NCBI GenBank assembly: GCA_964623085.1
Contig: CAZUTO010000002.1
Span: 51,498 to 115,497, forward strand
Length of the DNA stretch: 64,000 nt
Direction of reading: 5' to 3'
Source: an uncultured Porticoccaceae bacterium
Lineage (GTDB): Bacteria; Pseudomonadota; Gammaproteobacteria; Pseudomonadales; GM7GCV1
Made by a program: the position numbers and the translations under genes. This document shows, in pieces, positions 1 to 10,144 of the stretch; positions within the stretch are counted from its first letter, which is position 1; each line of letters opens with the position of its first letter. The notes beneath the pieces were generated by a model, which was not told where the DNA came from, did not search any database, and saw only the letters and a list, made by a program, of their open reading frames with translations.

Positions 1-2
1 CT

Positions 3-959
3 CTGCTGGCTGGAGGAGAGCTTTGCTCAGGAACCGATATTGGCAATCAGTTGGGCGTGTCGCGTGTCACTGTCAAAAAGCGTATTTCTTCATTGATAAA
101 GCAGGGGTTGCCCGTGACTGCGTTACCCGGGAAGGGCTATTGTTTGAAACCTGGTGCAGACTTGTTATCAGATAGTCTCATCCTCAGTATGATCCCGGCA
201 CCGCTGCGGGAGCAGATCGAAGAAGTAGAGGTTCACCAGTCGCTTGCATCGACGAATCAATATTTGGGAGCGATGACTCTGACAAAAGTGGATAGGTTGC
301 ATGCTGTTTTGGCTGAGTCTCAATCCAAAGGGAAAGGCCGCAGAGGTCAAGGCTGGCTAACAACACCCTACCGAAACTTGATGCTATCTGCCGGTTGGCG
401 TTACGGCCAATGGCCAACTAACCCAGCAGCATTGAGCCTCGCATTTTCGGTTGCTGTGCATAAAGCAATTGTTGATGCAGGCGCAACCGGTGCGTTAATC
501 AAATGGCCCAACGATATTTTTCTGGACGGCGCGAAGCTAGCAGGTCTTCTCGTAGATGCAGTTGGAGAGGCCAGCGGTGAATGCGATTTGGTGTTTGGTG
601 TCGGCGTAAACCTCTATTTGGACGCAAAGGTTGGAAAACTGATTGATCAAGATTGGGCGCACCTTCAGTCGGTGGAGTCCGCAGACATGTCTCGCAATCA
701 AATGGCGGCTAACATTTTGGCGAACTTGATTGAGATGCTTAGCCTATACAAGGATCAAGGATTCGCACCTTTTGTGAGATATTGGAATGAACACGCCGCT
801 TATATGGGTCAAGCAGTCCGGCTGTTTAACGATGAAGTGGAATACCAAGGTATTTTAAAAGGCGTCGACGAAACCGGTGAGCTGATACTCGAAGGTATCG
901 ATGCCAAGAATTATCGTTTTGCTCGTGCTGATATTAGCCTTCGGCCTTTGGAACAATAA
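3..959 (+). CDS. birA: bifunctional biotin--[acetyl-CoA-carboxylase] ligase / bio operon repressor BirA (5' end cut by window edge)
   Basis: Frame 3 is open from base 3. An N-terminal HTH segment (LGVSRVTVKKRISSLIKQGLPV) is followed by the biotin-ligase motif GKGRRGQGW and KWPNDI. Stop at 957-959. Confidence 0.9.
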   Translation: MLAGGELCSGTDIGNQLGVSRVTVKKRISSLIKQGLPVTALPGKGYCLKPGADLLSDSLILSMIPAPLREQIEEVEVHQSLASTNQYLGAMTLTKVDRLHAVLAESQSKGKGRRGQGWLTTPYRNLMLSAGWRYGQWPTNPAALSLAFSVAVHKAIVDAGATGALIKWPNDIFLDGAKLAGLLVDAVGEASGECDLVFGVGVNLYLDAKVGKLIDQDWAHLQSVESADMSRNQMAANILANLIEMLSLYKDQGFAPFVRYWNEHAAYMGQAVRLFNDEVEYQGILKGVDETGELILEGIDAKNYRFARADISLRPLEQ

Positions 960-960
960 C

Positions 961-1614
961 GTGACTCCAAAACGTTATCAGAAAATTTTGTCTGTGCTTT
1001 ATAAACGCCAAGCAGATTTAACCGTTGTCGTAGATAGACTGCATATTGGTCGCAATCTCGCTGCTATTCGTCGAACCTGTGATGCAATGGGTGTTGGAAC
1101 CTTGCATGCGGTTGTGCCGGAAGGGTTTCAACAAAAGCGCTTTGCAGGAACGACGATGGGTAGCCATAAATGGGTGGAGCTTTGCCGGCACCGAACAACA
1201 CTGGAGGCCTTTTCAGTCATAAGGGAGGAGGGTATGCAGATTTTGGCCGCCGATGTGAGCGCAAGCGCTTTGGATTACCGCAGCGTAGACTTTACTCGAC
1301 CGACCGCCATTATAATGGGCGCTGAAGTTGATGGTGTTAGTCAGGAAGCTCAGGCGATGGCAGACGGTTTCTTGTCCCTACCCATGCTTGGCATGGTCGA
1401 GTCTTTTAATGTTTCTGTTGCTTGCGCGCTAGTGCTTTCAGAAGCCATGCGGCAGCGGCGAGAGAAGGGAATGCTAGATGAACCTTCATTGCCGAAAGAA
1501 GAAATAGATCGGTTGGCTTTTGAATGGGGCTATCCAAAACTAAAGCGATACTATCAGGGAAAAAAGTTACCTTACCCTGCGCTTGATCACGAAGGCCAGT
1601 TAATCGAAGGGTAG
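961..1614 (+). CDS. SpoU/TrmH-family RNA 2'-O-methyltransferase
   Basis: SpoU-type motifs are present (GRNLAAIRRTCDAMGV, IIMGAEVDGVS, LPMLGMVESFNVSVA). The ORF track starts at ATG 901 inside birA. The in-frame GTG at 961, directly after the birA stop, is the more plausible start. Confidence 0.8.
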   Translation: MTPKRYQKILSVLYKRQADLTVVVDRLHIGRNLAAIRRTCDAMGVGTLHAVVPEGFQQKRFAGTTMGSHKWVELCRHRTTLEAFSVIREEGMQILAADVSASALDYRSVDFTRPTAIIMGAEVDGVSQEAQAMADGFLSLPMLGMVESFNVSVACALVLSEAMRQRREKGMLDEPSLPKEEIDRLAFEWGYPKLKRYYQGKKLPYPALDHEGQLIEG

Positions 1615-1656
1615 CGAAGTAGAGCAGGCAGCGAAGTCAGATCGTCGAGCCGAAAT

Positions 1657-2313
1657 TTAGTCCCAAAATACCATCATCTGATTCAATTCTTGCTGCCCGT
1701 AGGCAATGTCAGCAAGCATGGGCTCTGAAACCCGCTGCTGGATACTTTTGATGTTGTCGTCAATCGCATCAGCCTGTGGTTCGCAGCGGTTAGCGATCCA
1801 GCCTGCTATTGGAATACCTGTTTGGCGCACTGAATTAATCGTCAGGAGTGCATGATTAATGCAGCCAAGGCGAATTCCAACTACCACAATGACTGGCAGG
1901 GCAAGGCGACTGGCCAGATCCGCCACACTAACGTTATCGCCTAATGGCACATTCCACCCACCGACACCTTCGACGAAAACAAAATCCGCGAGTTCCGATG
2001 CGGTAAGTAAATCTTGATAAACACTATCCAATGATAACCGCGTGCCGTCTTGTTCAGCGGCGATATGCGGTGCAATAGCTAATCGGAATCGATACCGGTT
2101 AACTGTTGAGTCAAGTAAATCGACATTAGCGCTGCTTGATATCGCCAGCGCATCAGAATTTTGTAACCCAGTATCGGTTTGTTCGCAGCCACTAGCGATG
2201 GGTTTAAGACCGGCGACTTTGTATCCCTCTGATACTAGGCGTTGCATGAGTAAACAAGTGACGAATGTTTTACCGATTTCAGTATCCGTACCTGTTATGA
2301 AGAAACCTTTCAT
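1657..2313 (-). CDS. bioD: dethiobiotin synthase
   Basis: N-terminal P-loop FITGTDTEIGKT typical of BioD. It is the last gene of a bioBFHCD array. Confidence 0.9.
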   Translation of the reverse strand: MKGFFITGTDTEIGKTFVTCLLMQRLVSEGYKVAGLKPIASGCEQTDTGLQNSDALAISSSANVDLLDSTVNRYRFRLAIAPHIAAEQDGTRLSLDSVYQDLLTASELADFVFVEGVGGWNVPLGDNVSVADLASRLALPVIVVVGIRLGCINHALLTINSVRQTGIPIAGWIANRCEPQADAIDDNIKSIQQRVSEPMLADIAYGQQELNQMMVFWD

Positions 2314-2319
2314 TGTTTT

Positions 2320-3096
2320 TTAGTCTTGCTTTTGGCCGATTAAAAACAGCACTTCATAGCTGAGTTGAGGTCGAGAACTGCTATTATCAAAGGCCTGCAG
2401 AAAACGGTTAAAACGTGCTTTTCCCATTAAACCGCGTTGGCGATTCGTATTCGCATTAGTGGCACCGAGATCTTTTACGCTTTGTAGCACCTCAGCAATA
2501 GTGTTGAAGTTGAGAACACACATTTGCGCTTTCGTTTTTAGTAGGTCAATACCCTGAATTTCAAATATTTGTTCAATATCTTCTAGACGAGGGTAATTGA
2601 GAGTGTGTTCTTTTGTGTCTGCAACTGTCCAAGCCGTTTTCCATTCTTTGTGGGTTTTCGGTCCAAATGTTGCTATAGCGATATGCCCTCTAGGTTGCAG
2701 AACACGTGCAGCTTCCGAAATAGCCGCGCGCGGATCACACCACTGCAGACTGGATGAAGACAAAACCAGATCGAATTGCTCGTTCGGCAGAGGCAAACTT
2801 TCCATATCTGCTTTAATGAATTCGGCACTTGAGCAGGACGTTTTAGCTTGCTCTAGCATCGCTTGTGAGATATCCACACCGACCAGCTTTGCGTCCGGAT
2901 ACTGTTTTTTTGCCTCGAATAAGCCGAACCCTGTGCCGCAACCAAGATCTGCTATGGATGCAGGCGACAGTATATGGGGACTTAGGTGATTGCCTAAGTC
3001 CAGAAAAATGTCGCGTTGTAGCTGTGCCGCTTGGTCATATGAGCTAGCTGCGCGTTGGAATTGCCGTTCAACTTGGGCTTTATCAAGTGCAGACAT
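2320..3096 (-). CDS. bioC: malonyl-[ACP] O-methyltransferase
   Basis: Class I SAM-methyltransferase motif (IADLGCGTGFG). It sits between bioH and bioD. Confidence 0.85.
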   Translation of the reverse strand: MSALDKAQVERQFQRAASSYDQAAQLQRDIFLDLGNHLSPHILSPASIADLGCGTGFGLFEAKKQYPDAKLVGVDISQAMLEQAKTSCSSAEFIKADMESLPLPNEQFDLVLSSSSLQWCDPRAAISEAARVLQPRGHIAIATFGPKTHKEWKTAWTVADTKEHTLNYPRLEDIEQIFEIQGIDLLKTKAQMCVLNFNTIAEVLQSVKDLGATNANTNRQRGLMGKARFNRFLQAFDNSSSRPQLSYEVLFLIGQKQD

Positions 3097-3098
3097 TA

Positions 3099-3845
3099 TT
3101 ACGCCACGTGTTCATGTACATCATTAATAAGCACTGAAAGCAGTGCATCAGGATGAGAGAGGTGCGGCGCATGACCCGTATTCAATTCTGAATAGCGTGC
3201 GCCTGTGATTTTTTCCGATAGATATCGCGTCGCTTCAGGCGCAACGACTCGGTCACGACGCCCACCGATTACATGGCAGGGTAGTGTTATGTCGGCAAGT
3301 TCAGCTCTTAAATCTGCTGATTTAAGGATGTCCAGCCCAGACATTAATGTGTTGGGAGAGGGCGCAGGGTATTTATTCAACGCTTTGGCAGCCTGTTTGA
3401 CGGTTGATTTAGCATCGCTAGAGGTACCAGCTTGTAGCAGTAAGAAGCGCTGAATCCCGCGCTGATAGTCTTTTGTAAGGTCCTCTGCGAATTGTACAAA
3501 GGTCTCTATGTCTGTCCCGTACGGCCAGCTCTTGTCAGTCACAAATTTGGGCGTGCTGCACAGTAAATAAAGTGATTGAATGCGTTTTGGTGCTATCTGT
3601 GCAGCGCGAATTGCGGCCATACCCCCTAGAGACCATCCGCACCAAATAGCTGAATCAGGTGCTTGCTGGAGCAGCGCATTTGCCAGTGTATCCAGTGTAT
3701 CGGCTGGTGGTTGGCCGTGCAGCTTTCCATAGCCTGGCATTGATAGTAAATGTAGGTCGTAATGTTCTTTAAGAACATTACTAAGATTGCACCAGATTGC
3801 TTCGTTGAGCCCCCAGCCATGGATAAGAACCAGATTTTTCCGCAC
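3099..3845 (-). CDS. bioH: pimeloyl-[ACP] methyl ester carboxylesterase
   Basis: Alpha/beta hydrolase features (LVLIHGWG, nucleophile elbow GWSLGG, C-terminal GHAPHLSHP). The GTG start overlaps the bioF stop (TAGTG). Confidence 0.85.
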   Translation of the reverse strand: MRKNLVLIHGWGLNEAIWCNLSNVLKEHYDLHLLSMPGYGKLHGQPPADTLDTLANALLQQAPDSAIWCGWSLGGMAAIRAAQIAPKRIQSLYLLCSTPKFVTDKSWPYGTDIETFVQFAEDLTKDYQRGIQRFLLLQAGTSSDAKSTVKQAAKALNKYPAPSPNTLMSGLDILKSADLRAELADITLPCHVIGGRRDRVVAPEATRYLSEKITGARYSELNTGHAPHLSHPDALLSVLINDVHEHVA

Positions 3846-5017
3846 TAATCTATTTCTCGAGGTTTAAATAAATCCAATGCTTTAACTAGCTTATCTACAT
3901 GCCTAAATGTGTGTGAAGAAGACAGCGAAATACGTAAGCGTGATGTGCCCGCTTCCACACTAGGTGGACGAATAGCGGGTGCCCAAATATTTTGAGTTTC
4001 TAGCTCTGCGCTAAGTTTAAGTGCCGCCGTTTCTGATCCGAGAATAATCGGTTGAATAGGAGTGGTCGAACCAGTTACTGGGATGCCTGTGCCCGCAACC
4101 GCTTGGTTAAAATAATGGATTAGTTCATGAAGATGCGGCCTTCGCCATTTCTCATTTTTTAAGAATTTCAGTGCTTCAATTGTGGTAGCGATGACTGTTG
4201 CGGGAAGCGCCGTTGTGTAAATGTATGGCCTTGCATGTTGTTTTAGTTCTTCGATAAAAATTTTGTCGCCTGCAACAAACGCACCAAAACCGCCGAGCGC
4301 TTTGCCCAGCGTGCCCATCATTAATATATGGCCCGTTGGTTTCATACCGAAGTGCTCTAACGCGCCACCACCATTTTCTCCTAGCACACCGAGACCATGG
4401 GCTTCATCCACGACCAACAAAGCATTGTGTTTCGCCGTGAGCTCTGACAGTGCAGGCAGATCAGCGATATCTCCATCCATACTAAATACGGAATCCACGC
4501 TGAGCATCTTCATGTTGTATTTGGGTTCAGCTAGTGCGGCCTCTGCAGTTTGCAAATCGCCATGGGGATAGCGGCCAAATTTCGCGCGACAAAGTATCCC
4601 GGAATCCACTAGGGAAGCGTGATTAAGTTTGTCCTGTAACAGCAAATCTCCCTTCTTAAGAAAAGTCGTAGGCAATGCAAGGTTTGCCATATAACCAGTG
4701 GAGAAAAGCAACGCATCTTCAGCTCCGACAAATGCTGCAAGCTCATTTTCTAACTGCTGGTGAATGGTTTGATGTCCGCTGACAAGATGAGACGCACCCG
4801 TTCCTACGCCCCATGTTTTTCCAGCAGTGCTACTCGCTTCTAGAAGTTTAGGTTCGCATGCTAATCCTAGATAATCATTACTGCTGAAATTGAGAAAGAT
4901 CTTGCCGCCACGATTAATTTGGACAGTTTGTGGTGACCGAACTTCGTGACGTTCCCGCCAAAGATTTGAATCGCGACGCTCTTGTTGTTTGTCCAGTATG
5001 TGCTGCTTCCAAACCAT
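3845..5017 (-). CDS. bioF: 8-amino-7-oxononanoate synthase
   Basis: PLP-dependent alpha-oxoamine synthase pattern (NDYLGL, VDEAHG, GTLGKALG with the PLP lysine). Lies in the bio operon. Confidence 0.9.
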   Translation of the reverse strand: MVWKQHILDKQQERRDSNLWRERHEVRSPQTVQINRGGKIFLNFSSNDYLGLACEPKLLEASSTAGKTWGVGTGASHLVSGHQTIHQQLENELAAFVGAEDALLFSTGYMANLALPTTFLKKGDLLLQDKLNHASLVDSGILCRAKFGRYPHGDLQTAEAALAEPKYNMKMLSVDSVFSMDGDIADLPALSELTAKHNALLVVDEAHGLGVLGENGGGALEHFGMKPTGHILMMGTLGKALGGFGAFVAGDKIFIEELKQHARPYIYTTALPATVIATTIEALKFLKNEKWRRPHLHELIHYFNQAVAGTGIPVTGSTTPIQPIILGSETAALKLSAELETQNIWAPAIRPPSVEAGTSRLRISLSSSHTFRHVDKLVKALDLFKPREID

Positions 5018-5065
5018 ATCAGATTACTCGATGTGTCCTGTAAATAGTGTCAGCGATTACCTAGC

Positions 5066-6040
5066 TCAGTGGTGAATACCTAACCGGTCAAACAAATGCT
5101 TATCGCGCTCGATAGATGCATTGTTAGCTGTCAGTAGCTCGTTACCATAGAAAACAGAGTTTGCTCCAGCCATGTAACAGAGGGCCTGCATTTCGTCAGT
5201 CATTTCTTCGCGACCGGCGGACAGTCGTACATAAGAACGAGGCATGGTAATTCGCGCGACCGCGACCGTTTTGATGAACTCAAGATTATCGAGTCGTTCT
5301 GTGTTTTCTAAAGGGGTGCCTTCAATAGCAATGAGCATATTAATGGGCACGCTTTCTGGTGGCTCTGGAAGGTTAGCCAACGCACCAATTAGACCAACGC
5401 GGTCTTTCTGTTCTTCGCCCATACCTAAGATACCGCCTGCACAGACATTCATGCCGGCTGCGCGAACGTGCTGAAGAGTATCGAGACGATCTTGAAAAGT
5501 GCGCGTAGTGATTATTTGATCGTAGTAATCCTCGGAAGTATCGAGATTGTGATTGTAATAATCCAAGCCTGCGTTATTGAGTCTTTGAGCCTGCTCACTG
5601 GTGAGCATGCCTAAGGTGGCACAGGTTTCCATCCCGAGGCTTTTCACTGCCTGGATAGTGGCTTCAATTTGCGGAATATCCTTATCAGAGGGAGAGCGCC
5701 AAGCAGCCCCCATACAGAATCGGCTCGCGCCTTGTTCTTTTGCCACTTTAGCGGCTTCTACTATCTCCGCAATGGGCATTAATTTTTCTTTCTCAAGCCC
5801 AGTGTTGTAGTGGCCACTCTGCGGACAATAAGCGCAATCTTCTGGACATGCGCCGGTCTTAATGCTCAATAGACTGGATAGTTGAACTTTGTTTTCAGCG
5901 TGGTACTCGCGATGCACATGCTGTGCGCGGAGCATCAAATCCATAAAGGGGAGTTCAAACAATTCCTGAATTTGCGCGCGCGTCCAACGCACGCCATCTT
6001 TTAGGGGTTCAACCTGACGAACAACTGATTCTGCTTGCAT
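5066..6040 (-). CDS. bioB: biotin synthase (radical SAM)
   Basis: Radical-SAM cluster motif [10 protein letters not shown] plus the conserved YNHNLDTS block. It is the first gene of the bio array. Confidence 0.95.
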   Translation of the reverse strand: MQAESVVRQVEPLKDGVRWTRAQIQELFELPFMDLMLRAQHVHREYHAENKVQLSSLLSIKTGACPEDCAYCPQSGHYNTGLEKEKLMPIAEIVEAAKVAKEQGASRFCMGAAWRSPSDKDIPQIEATIQAVKSLGMETCATLGMLTSEQAQRLNNAGLDYYNHNLDTSEDYYDQIITTRTFQDRLDTLQHVRAAGMNVCAGGILGMGEEQKDRVGLIGALANLPEPPESVPINMLIAIEGTPLENTERLDNLEFIKTVAVARITMPRSYVRLSAGREEMTDEMQALCYMAGANSVFYGNELLTANNASIERDKHLFDRLGIHH

Positions 6041-6056
6041 TGATACGATTCACCAC

Positions 6057-6086
6057 CGTTAACCAAAACTGCATGCAAGGTTAACA
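6057..6086. promoter_or_regulatory. predicted BirA operator (bioO): CGTTAACC-N14-GGTTAACA inverted repeat
   Basis: Half-sites at 6057-6064 and 6079-6086 are reverse complements at 7 of 8 positions with a 14-nt spacer. The site lies 17 bp upstream of the bioB start codon. It resembles the TGT(A/T)AACC-N14/15-GGTT(A/T)ACA type of proteobacterial BirA site, as I recall it. Confidence 0.6.
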
Positions 6087-6164
6087 GATGTGATGTGGGA
6101 AATCCTTAATGGAAGAGTATGAATTTCCGTTCTCGACCACGATTAGAAAGCCTGTCGTCTGAAC

Positions 6165-6383
6165 CTATTTCCAACCCTGCTGCCAAGCACTGCTATCTCT
6201 GAGTTTACGCCATTCGATGGCTTCTGTTCTTTTTGTTATTACGGCTTCAATCACACAGCTCAATACTTCTTGACCTTCTTCATCGAAGATGACCTCAGTG
6301 ATCATGAAATGCTTTTCTTTATTCTTAGGTTTTGCTGCTGTCCATTTGCTGTGGAGCAATTTTTTTGGGTTGATTTGTGTCAC
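6165..6383 (-). CDS. small Trp-rich conserved hypothetical protein (TIGR02450-like)
   Basis: 72 aa with the recognisable pattern INPKKLLHSKWTA...KEKHF...W..GW. GTG start 6 nt after the cmoA stop. Family assignment is from memory of the pattern only. Confidence 0.6.
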   Translation of the reverse strand: MTQINPKKLLHSKWTAAKPKNKEKHFMITEVIFDEEGQEVLSCVIEAVITKRTEAIEWRKLRDSSAWQQGWK

Positions 6384-6389
6384 GGTTCT

Positions 6390-7118
6390 TTATTTAAGCG
6401 CGATAAAAGAACAAAAATTCAGGCACTGAAACCAAATGGCACTGGTTTTAAATCCTGACTCTATAAATCGTTCTTGATGCGCTTTTATCGTTTCTGGAAC
6501 CAGTACATTTTCAATAGCTTGCCGTTTTTGCGCGATTTCTAATGCTGAGTAGCCTTGTTTCATTTTAAATTCGTGGTGTGCTTCGATAAAAGCGGCATTC
6601 ATTTCAGTATCTTCAACTTCAATTTTTTCCGAAATAAGTAGCGCACCACCGGATTGCAGATTGTTTGCAATGTTTTTGAGAAGGGTAGAGCGATCTTCGA
6701 GGGGGACAAACTGCAGCGTGAAATTCATCGCCACAAAGCTGGCATTAGAGAGTGTGATATTGCGTACATCGTCCTCAACAAGTTGGATATGCGCTTCTTC
6801 CGGTTGGTCTTTTAGCAGTGATGCGAACTCCGCAATCATCGCGCTAGAGTTATCCACGGCGACGATGTTGCAACCAGTAGGCACGCGCGAAGCCATGCTG
6901 AGTGTTGATGCACCGAGAGAGCAACCTAGGTCGTATACATTGCTATTAGGTTTCGCGTAGCGCGCGGCTAGTAAACCGGTCATGGCGATGATGCTCTGGT
7001 AGCCCGGCACTGATCGCTGGATCATATCCGGAAAAGCCGCAACGACGCGCTCATCGAATGTAAAGCCTGAGACTTCTCCCAATGGCTGGGAGAAGAGGTC
7101 GTCGGTCTTATTGCTCAA
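6390..7118 (-). CDS. cmoA: carboxy-S-adenosyl-L-methionine synthase
   Basis: The N-terminus DDLFSQP...FTFDERVVAAFPDMIQRSVPGY and the SAM-binding motif YDLGCSLG match CmoA. Confidence 0.85.
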   Translation of the reverse strand: MSNKTDDLFSQPLGEVSGFTFDERVVAAFPDMIQRSVPGYQSIIAMTGLLAARYAKPNSNVYDLGCSLGASTLSMASRVPTGCNIVAVDNSSAMIAEFASLLKDQPEEAHIQLVEDDVRNITLSNASFVAMNFTLQFVPLEDRSTLLKNIANNLQSGGALLISEKIEVEDTEMNAAFIEAHHEFKMKQGYSALEIAQKRQAIENVLVPETIKAHQERFIESGFKTSAIWFQCLNFCSFIALK

Positions 7119-7127
7119 ATAATCGGC

Positions 7128-10040
7128 CTACAGCACTTCTAGATTAAGGCTGAGCTCCGTTGCCATGGCTTGTTCTTGAGGGCCTGTGAGAACGGCAGTA
7201 TTGCGATTTTTCTCGGTGAGATAGGTGGCAGCTACTCGTTTTAGATCCGGCAGCGTGACGGCCAGCACCCGATCGCGGAATGTTGTTTTTATCTCTGCGG
7301 TGCGGCCAAATATTTCGCCCATAAAAGCCTGACGTGCTTCGCCGGCTGGAGAGCCAGGTTTATCTAGGGTCGCCACTACACCGAGAATTGCTTCCTCTAA
7401 AAGCCGGTTGTCATGCTCGTTTTCAAGTAACCAAGCAATCGCATTTTCAAAGTCGGTGAGCGTATCAGTAAGACGTGGATCTCTGTAGGAATAGAAACGG
7501 AATGCACCGCCATAGTTATCTTGCGTCGCACCACCACCGTAAGCACCACCTTGCTCGCGAATTGCTCGGTGCAGAAAGTTGTTTCTAAGGAAACCACCTA
7601 GAACCGTTAACGGCGCCGCATCTGGGTGCCCGGTTGGAACAGTCGTATAGGCATGCGCACAGAAGTTTACCTGCGAGTTCGCCACCCAGAATTCGTTACT
7701 TCTTGCGTTTTGATCAATACTAACCTGTACGCGCGAAAGATCGGTTGAACGGGTTTCATAACTGTTGAGAAGCACGTTTTGATAAGTGCCCAGCTGAGCA
7801 TCTTCGCCAACCAGTAACAGCTGCATGGGTGTGGCCAATAATCGTTTATGGAGCGAGCTTAGATCATGCAATAGTTGCTCAACTGAGTTTGGGTTTTCCA
7901 AACTATCATCGAGCGCTTTTAAGCGTCGGATACCTTCTAGCCCATTGGTTTGATAGGCAAGGGCGGAAGCGGGAGAGCAATAGCGAGAAGCGGCAGACAT
8001 GGCGAGTCCGTGGCCATTGCCCGTAATGCTGGATTCGCTGCGCATGCGGGCCTGACTAATAAGTTCCCGAACACGCTCGCTTTCATCGAATCGAACTTCG
8101 TTTAGGCTTTGGTACATGAGCTCCGTGAGCTCGGCTTGATTACGCGCCAATGCCTTGCCAGATAACGAAAAGATGCCGCGGGTAGCGAGCACGTCGTCTG
8201 GCATGGCTTGAATGCGATAGCTGGTTGATATGCCACCTGAGATAGCCGATTGCCAGTTCTGGACCTCTGTATAGCTTTTTTTGTCGACACCTAGTTCCGT
8301 CCAAATATGCGTGAGCAAGGGCATAAGGGCGAGCTCTGCTGTATCGAGTTCAGGCAGTTCACCAATAAGTTGTTGATACACTAGGCCATTGGTACCGGTC
8401 GCATAGGCCGTGAGTTGAGCAGGCGCATCGAGAACGATGGCAGGTTCAGGATATTGAATACTATTGGGCGCGTCAGACAGCTCAACTTTGGGCAGAACAC
8501 TAGGATCGTCTTCTCGATTCTGGCGTGCCTGCAAAGCAATTGAAAGCTCAATGATCTTGTTGGCATCTTGCTCACTTAATGCGGCTTGGATCTTGTCGAG
8601 ACGAGCGCGCTCTTCGTTTTGATCTTGCTCAGCTAGTGCTTGATCTGGCAATAGCGTATAAGTGACCCGATGGTTGTTTTCTAGCAACAACTTTTTACAG
8701 AGTTGCTTAATAAAATCTGGATCTTGAATTTGTTCTCGCACTGCAGCGATTGCGGGCTCCAGATCAAGTAGCGCGACAGGGTCACCTCGGTGTGTGGCAC
8801 TGTTGAGCGCCGACAAAATTAACTGCAAGCCATAAGGATAGGAATCTCCTGTAATTTCTCGCTGGTGAAGCTCCAACTGATGCAGGCAGGCTTCGACTTG
8901 CTCTTGCGGTACCCCGTGCTCTGAGACACTTTTAAGTGTGTCGATGATTAGTGCCTCTACTGCTTCGGTGGCACCTTCGTCGCAACCTTCAAGACCAGCA
9001 ACAAAACAAAGCTCGCGTTGAGAATCGTCTAGTCCACAAAGCGGTGAGGGTGCTTTACCAATATCAGACGTCTCTAATGCTTTTAGTAGTGGCGATGCGC
9101 TGTTCTCTAACAGTACTGAGCCAAGCAACTGGGCTTCCATTGCGGATTTCAGATCAATAGTTTCGCCAAGCAACCAGCTCACCACGACATGAGTTTTTGC
9201 AGCAGTGCCTTCTTCTGACGGAACGGCATAGTGTGCGCTGCGACGTTGTGGTTCAGAGTAACGAGTTTCCAACGGTACGCTGATAGTCTTGGTAAGCGGT
9301 TCAAATCGTTGCAGCGCGCGTTCTTCAAAAATACGCTGGTTTTCAGACGCAGGAATATCCCCAAATGTCATAAAAATTGCGTTGCTTGGGTGATAATGCG
9401 TCTGGTGAAACTGAACCAGTTCGTCGTAACTCAAATCCGGGATTTTTTTCGGATCCCCGCCACTGTTGTGGTGATAGGTAGTAGTGGGATATAGGTGCTC
9501 ACATAGTCCGTGCCATAGGGTTGATACCGGTGAACTCATGGCACCTTTCATCTCATTGAATACCACGCCTTTGAACTCAAGCGGGCTTTTGGCGTTTTCC
9601 ATTTCCTGGAATTCCAAACGATGGCCTTCCTGAGCGAAATCGAGTGGGTCAAGACGCGGAAAGAAGACTGCATCCAGATAGACATCCAATAGATTATCGT
9701 AATCTTTGCGGCTTTGACTAGCGAAGGGGTAGGCCGTCCAATCACTGCTGGTAAACGCGTTCATAAAGGTGTTTAGTGACCGACGAATCATCATAAAGAA
9801 GGGATCGCGAACGGGGTAGCGCTCACTGCCGCAAAGTGCTGTGTGCTCTAAGATATGCGCGACGCCTTTGGAATCTTCAGGCACTGTGCGCAAGGCAACC
9901 AAAAATACGTTCTCAGAATTGTCAGAGCCAATATGCACATGCTGTGCGCCGGTCGCTTTGTGGCGATACTCTTCAATCACGAGGTTAAGTGAGTCGATTG
10001 GTTGGCTGCGCAGAAATTCGAACGACTGAAAACTGTTCAC
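7128..10040 (-). CDS. M16-family (insulinase/PreP-like, M16C) zinc metallopeptidase, 970 aa
   Basis: Inverted zinc motif HxxEH (HILEH) near the N-terminus. Length and domain order resemble presequence-protease-type M16C enzymes. Confidence 0.8.
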   Translation of the reverse strand: MNSFQSFEFLRSQPIDSLNLVIEEYRHKATGAQHVHIGSDNSENVFLVALRTVPEDSKGVAHILEHTALCGSERYPVRDPFFMMIRRSLNTFMNAFTSSDWTAYPFASQSRKDYDNLLDVYLDAVFFPRLDPLDFAQEGHRLEFQEMENAKSPLEFKGVVFNEMKGAMSSPVSTLWHGLCEHLYPTTTYHHNSGGDPKKIPDLSYDELVQFHQTHYHPSNAIFMTFGDIPASENQRIFEERALQRFEPLTKTISVPLETRYSEPQRRSAHYAVPSEEGTAAKTHVVVSWLLGETIDLKSAMEAQLLGSVLLENSASPLLKALETSDIGKAPSPLCGLDDSQRELCFVAGLEGCDEGATEAVEALIIDTLKSVSEHGVPQEQVEACLHQLELHQREITGDSYPYGLQLILSALNSATHRGDPVALLDLEPAIAAVREQIQDPDFIKQLCKKLLLENNHRVTYTLLPDQALAEQDQNEERARLDKIQAALSEQDANKIIELSIALQARQNREDDPSVLPKVELSDAPNSIQYPEPAIVLDAPAQLTAYATGTNGLVYQQLIGELPELDTAELALMPLLTHIWTELGVDKKSYTEVQNWQSAISGGISTSYRIQAMPDDVLATRGIFSLSGKALARNQAELTELMYQSLNEVRFDESERVRELISQARMRSESSITGNGHGLAMSAASRYCSPASALAYQTNGLEGIRRLKALDDSLENPNSVEQLLHDLSSLHKRLLATPMQLLLVGEDAQLGTYQNVLLNSYETRSTDLSRVQVSIDQNARSNEFWVANSQVNFCAHAYTTVPTGHPDAAPLTVLGGFLRNNFLHRAIREQGGAYGGGATQDNYGGAFRFYSYRDPRLTDTLTDFENAIAWLLENEHDNRLLEEAILGVVATLDKPGSPAGEARQAFMGEIFGRTAEIKTTFRDRVLAVTLPDLKRVAATYLTEKNRNTAVLTGPQEQAMATELSLNLEVL

Positions 10041-10144
10041 GCTTTATGAATCCTTAGGGTTGCGAAAGATCACTATTCTACCCTTTGTAGGCGATGTCTG
10101 ACACGGGCAACCCGCCGGTTCGCCCGTTAAATCTTTGTTTGGAT

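Noticed and set aside
901-960. ATG 901 as the start of the TrmH-family gene, overlapping birA by 59 bp.
   Set aside because: The extension encodes a hydrophobic peptide that is not part of SpoU/TrmH proteins. An in-frame GTG at 961 follows the birA stop immediately. The start remains uncertain.
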